Positions 59,480 through 64,000 of a DNA stretch of 64,000 nt are shown piece by piece. The DNA comes from Octopus sinensis (Eukaryota): NCBI RefSeq assembly GCF_006345805.1, contig NW_021836159.1:6064-70063 (forward strand). Direction: 5' to 3'. The first letter of the stretch is position 1. The number at the start of each line of letters is the position of its first letter. Position numbers and translations under genes: made by a program. The notes beneath the pieces were generated by a model, which was not told the origin of the DNA, made no database searches, and was given only the letters and a program-made list of their open reading frames with translations.

Positions 59480-61380
59480 ACAGGGGCCAACAAGCCAGGG
59501 GCTACGTCTGGCACCCGTCTGCTTTGGCATGGGTTTTGTGGCTGGATGCCCTTCTTAAAGCCACTATTTTACAGTCTTGAGTGCAGAGCCCAAATTGATA
59601 GAGAGCTCAGCCTGCATTTCAGCGGTTTTCAAAAGCAGAACATTAATGCGCCTAGGCACTGATGACTTTTGTAGTCTTGTGTGTTTCAACTGGAACGTAG
59701 CCTTACTACGGAGAAGAGAATGGGCAGAAAGATAGCAGGTGTTATGAAAGGAACGTATAACGTTAAAGTCCCTAACATCTCGTTTCTTAGTGATAACATA
59801 ATCTATGAGATACCAATCCTTAAATCTAGGATGCATCCAGGTCCTCTTGTAACAATTTCACTGTAGTAAAAAATGGTATTTGTGATGCTTAGAATGAATT
59901 CCCTGCAGATGGAAATCACATGCAGCCCGCTGGAGTTCATTCGATCTACACCATGGTGAATAAGTCACCCTCCCATGCCTGATAATTAGTAACAACACGA
60001 GCGTTAAAATCACCCATAAGGATAAGTTTATCCCTATTGTCGCAACTGGAGATGACATCACGGAGTTGGTCGTAAAATTCATCCTTTTCCTCTTCAGTGC
60101 TGGCCATGGTTGGGGCATAGCAGCTGACAAACATAGTACGAGTGTTGTGATCAAGTTCCAACGCTAGTGTCCTGATGCGATGAAAGAATTAATCTAGCTA
60201 TTTGTTTTGATGGCAAAACCAACACATAAAAATATGTATCCACCTTTACTTTCTTCTAACTGTAATGACTCTGCTCGACGAGTTTCACTGAGTGCAGCTA
60301 TGTCAATATTGTATTTCTTTAGTTCAAGGGCGACCAGTGCTATTTTTCGTTCTAGTGCTGAGTGACTGTCTTGGAGAGTGCGCACATTCCAAAAGCCAAG
60401 GTTAATATCCTTAGATTTCTTCGTGTTTCAACTGCGTTACTGAATAACCAGACAGCTGAAGCGGGTTCATAACTTTAATGTGAATAAGCAGTGTTTAGGG
60501 CTCCATTTCTCGCCGCTCTTCCTGTTGAGGAAAGCAGTGCTGTGTCTAAAAAAGCTGCTTTGTCACTACTGGAGGACACGGACAGCACAGTTACTCGCAC
60601 GTTCTGTGCTTGAACGGCCATCACCCAATGGTCGCCAACTGTGTAGAGATCGAGCAAGAGATTTCCATCAATATCCTTTACCTATTCCTGCCACTTTCAC
60701 TCTCTCGCCAGAGGACATTTTGATTTTTTTCAAGTTGAAGCTATGCCATATTGCATGAATAAATGTAAGTTGTCAGAAAACCCACACATATGATTTGATT
60801 TGAGTACTGAAGGCTTGTGTAGAACCAGCCACACTTTTTGGAAGTGATGATAGCAAGAATATGGTGCACATATGCGCCACAAATACCAACAACAACATAC
60901 CTCAGGCTTTTTCTCCAGAGGTTTCCATCTCCTAGACGAGTCGTTATAAACAAGCTGGAGAACCTAGTCTACCCTATGAGTCAGAGTTTGCTGACAGTAC
61001 AGCCTTGTTAAGGAGGTCATCAGCAACCAAAAGCCTGGGTTAATATCAGAGTTTCCCTTTCCTAGATGGGATACCTTCACAACGGTTAAGGAGCCCCATC
61101 TGCCCCCAAATATATGGAATTAAATACACCAGGAAAAAATTATACGCATATATAGTTGGATGGCCGTTGACAACTCATTAGTTCTCCTGCCCTCTATGAC
61201 AAGTTTTATTTTTAGTCCAGCAGGGTGTCCATCTATCACTCACTTCAGCAAGCAAGCTTGGTGAGGTTACCAGTTTACTCACCGACGATGCGACTATGTA
61301 ACAGGCTGTACTGGGTAACATGTTACCAGTAATGAACAAGTGCGACTAATAGCACTCGAGAGCGACCTGACTTATATATA
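59480..61380 (-). mobile_element. RTE-clade LINE 5' fragment (5'UTR plus endonuclease) in intron 1 of paralog C
   Basis: Peptides GFWNVRTL, YNIDIAALSETR, SCYAPT...EEEKDEFYDQL, LILMGDFNARV and WYLIDYV. Repeated GTTTCC..TCCTAGA..GG motifs in the upstream part; RT absent. Confidence 0.85.
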
Positions 61381-61528
61381 CAATTAATAAGAGGAATGAC
61401 CACTAAAGTGGATTCCTATACGCTAGAAATAGACGTCAAATCGCCTTACCACAATGGGTGTATTCTCAAGAAAAAAAAACAGTAAACGCCAAAATGTATA
61501 TATATATATATATTATATATATATATAC

Positions 61529-61869
61529 AGTATTAATAAATAGAAGATGGTGTGCTGTATTAGACTTTATTAAGTACAACATGTTTCGACTCGTCGTTCT
61601 GTGTCTCTTCAAGTATATCAATAAAAAGTCGCACTAGAGATTTCTTGGGTCGGCTTGCTTACTACTATATGTCCATCAAATTCGAGAATTTTTCTTCCTT
61701 TTTACTCATTCACGAATTTGAAGGATATAAAGCAGTAAGTAAACCGACCCAAGAAATCTCTAGTGCAACTTTTTATTGATCTTCCCGAAGAGACCCAGAA
61801 CGATGGGTCGAAACATGTGTTGTACATGATAAAGTCTAATACACACTCCATCACCTATTTATGAATACT
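61529..61869. repeat. Foldback with about 155-bp arms, each carrying a degenerate hammerhead motif
   Basis: TATTAGACTTTAT...CTAGAGATTTCTTGGGTCGG / CCGACCCAAGAAATCTCTAG...ATAAAGTCTAATA. Confidence 0.85.
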
Positions 61870-62033
61870 ATTAGCCCAACCGCCACTGTGAAGTTCCTGC
61901 AGTATATCTACGGAAAACAGCGGGTAACCTAAACTGAACCGGTACCTTATTCATCATCTATTTATACATTTTGTTTCATTCTTCCATTATGTATGTGGGG
62001 CGAGGGTGCGTGTGTGCGCGAGTCTCTGTGTGT

Positions 62034-62082
<49 letters not shown>

Positions 62083-63132
62083 AGTTATATGTATAGTAAT
62101 AGACTTTTCTGTTTTAGTACTGTAGAAAGTAACTATAGCTTTTATCTACACTGCATGTTATAGATAGATGTAAGCATCCTGTCTTTATATACAATAACTT
62201 TATGAAGAGGTAAAAGAGTAATCAGCCGGACTAGTTTTAACCTTTTCGTGAGATTTTGTCAACAACTGACTACTCATTCGATGCCCACCGCTAATAAACC
62301 CATTGTTACTAAGAGCTTAAATAACCTCAGCAATAGGCTGAAACTGACCTGACTGATTCCGTGGTTTCTGACCACTAGGTAATTATATATAGAGAGGCAC
62401 AAGTATAGCATTGCGTTTACGAAGATCACTTAACAAGCATTTGGTTTCGGTTTCTGTTTAACTGTGCAGCACTTTGGGAAAATATATTTTGCTATAGTTC
62501 CGGATCGACCAAAAGCTTGTGAGTAAATTTGGTGGACAGAAACCTATATAAGGCTGCCGGTAAACGCATGACTTTGTGTTTGTCTTCGACTCTCATGACT
62601 TAGAATTAGTGGTGATTGCTTATTTTTCGTAACTTAACGGTTTGGTAAAGTGAGTGAGAAAGAATAGGTGCCAGACTTAAAAAATACTCGGGACGATTTG
62701 ATTGAATAAACTATGACTAACCTCAAAGCATAGCTGCAATCCAAACAAGTAAAAGAAAAGAGTATGTGTATTGTTGGCTAAAATTCTATAGATTTTTACT
62801 TATTTATTTATTTATTATGCAACGAAAAACAATCACTAAAAATGCATTGGCAATTTAGTAACCGAATTAGCTGTCAAGTATACATTACATCTATTAATCG
62901 GTCTATCCAGTGTATTTAAGGCCCGAATGATATCGAGCTTATTAGCAATGTCTCCGTGAACAAATAAATAAGATATTCAGTTTCATACGAAATATCAGTA
63001 AAACATTGAAAATGATTGAGTCTTTTTTATCTGCACATAGACATATTACATATGACGACAAAAAGTCAAAAATAAAAATCGCAAATGCTATAGAAACATA
63101 TTTCATAAAGTCTTCTTACTGATCTTTTACAG

Positions 63133-63322
63133 CCAATTGTAGCCGACTATGTAATTGATGTGAAGTTGATCAAGTTTGAAAATTACAACCGTTTACTGGC
63201 TAATGGGCGCACATGCTCCAATTTCGGAAGTCAACGATGTCAAACAACACTTCATGTTTGTGCTAAACCTGATGATACTTCGACATTGTGTAGTTATGGC
63301 GACACTAAAACAGGAGTTATCG
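63133..63322 (+). CDS. Paralog C exon 2, MNNL/C2 N-terminal half; gene continues beyond window
   Basis: [64 protein letters not shown]; 190 nt, intact splice sites. Confidence 0.88.
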
Positions 63323-63625
63323 GTAAGTACATGTTTATCAATAAACATAGATCGAGCGTATATTCATATTTATCTCTATATGTGTGTTTGTATATATATA
63401 TATTCCGTATAGAAGACACTTAGTAGCGCTCTAAAGATTCGAACTTAGACTTCGATATCTTTTCAGGAAATAATTCCACAAGGTAAAGAAAAGCAATAAG
63501 CGGGATCATGTTGAGCAGGCATAGAAGCAATTATACAAATAAACAAATTAGATACATCAGATACAAAATATGCATATATGTATATATACATATATGTGTA
63601 TATATATATAGGTGTCTATGTGTGC

Positions 63626-63715
<90 letters not shown>

Positions 63716-64000
63716 ATTAATATATCACACTTACATAGAGTACAAACAAGAGAGAAAATTAAAGGGTGGAGGATGGTATTATAAGTCCAACAGCTGTTTC
63801 TGGTGACTGGCCGATCCATAATAATGTTGGTAGATTTACTTCATCGCAATATGTGACCGTATGGATGTATTTACCATAGTATGAGAGGAGACTCCGTCCG
63901 CAGGTTAGAGATCTTAGATTTTTTATCTTAATGCAGAGAAGTTCAAAGATGGAATGATTGGATGTGGAAAGATAAGTATATTAGGGGCGAGGCATGGAGG

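Noticed and set aside
63781-63850. Hammerhead-like GAAACAGCTGTT on the - strand
   Set aside because: The CUGANGA core and stem II are not recoverable.

Overview
AT-rich, microsatellite- and retroelement-laden eukaryotic genomic DNA. It is most likely an octopus (inferred from SINE-like repeats I recall as typical of Octopus genomes, not verified). The window holds part of a head-to-tail tandem array of at least three + strand paralogs of a spliced gene: A (5' end upstream of the window, exons 3-10 at 1966-11802), B (complete, 27052-48417, 10 coding exons, 1056 aa) and C (exons 1-2 at 58182-63322, running off the right end). Manual splicing gives signal peptide - MNNL/C2 - DSL - EGF repeats - short linker micro-exon - CBM14 (peritrophin-A) chitin-binding domain - stop, with no transmembrane segment. 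That is an apparently secreted Delta/Serrate-like protein whose membrane anchor and cytoplasmic tail are replaced by a chitin-binding module. A has 8 EGFs and B has 21, because a 219-bp two-EGF unit is tandemly repeated inside one exon of B. The DSL domain lacks the known Notch-contact residues, and several exons are more divergent between paralogs than their flanking introns. Spacers and introns contain three Tx1-type L1-clade retrotransposons all abutting (GATA)n arrays, an RTE fragment, a MULE relic with a nested hAT MITE, SINEs, several foldback elements and multiple Penelope-type hammerhead ribozyme motifs, one of which (453-556) appears intact. All exon structures and alignments were done by eye.
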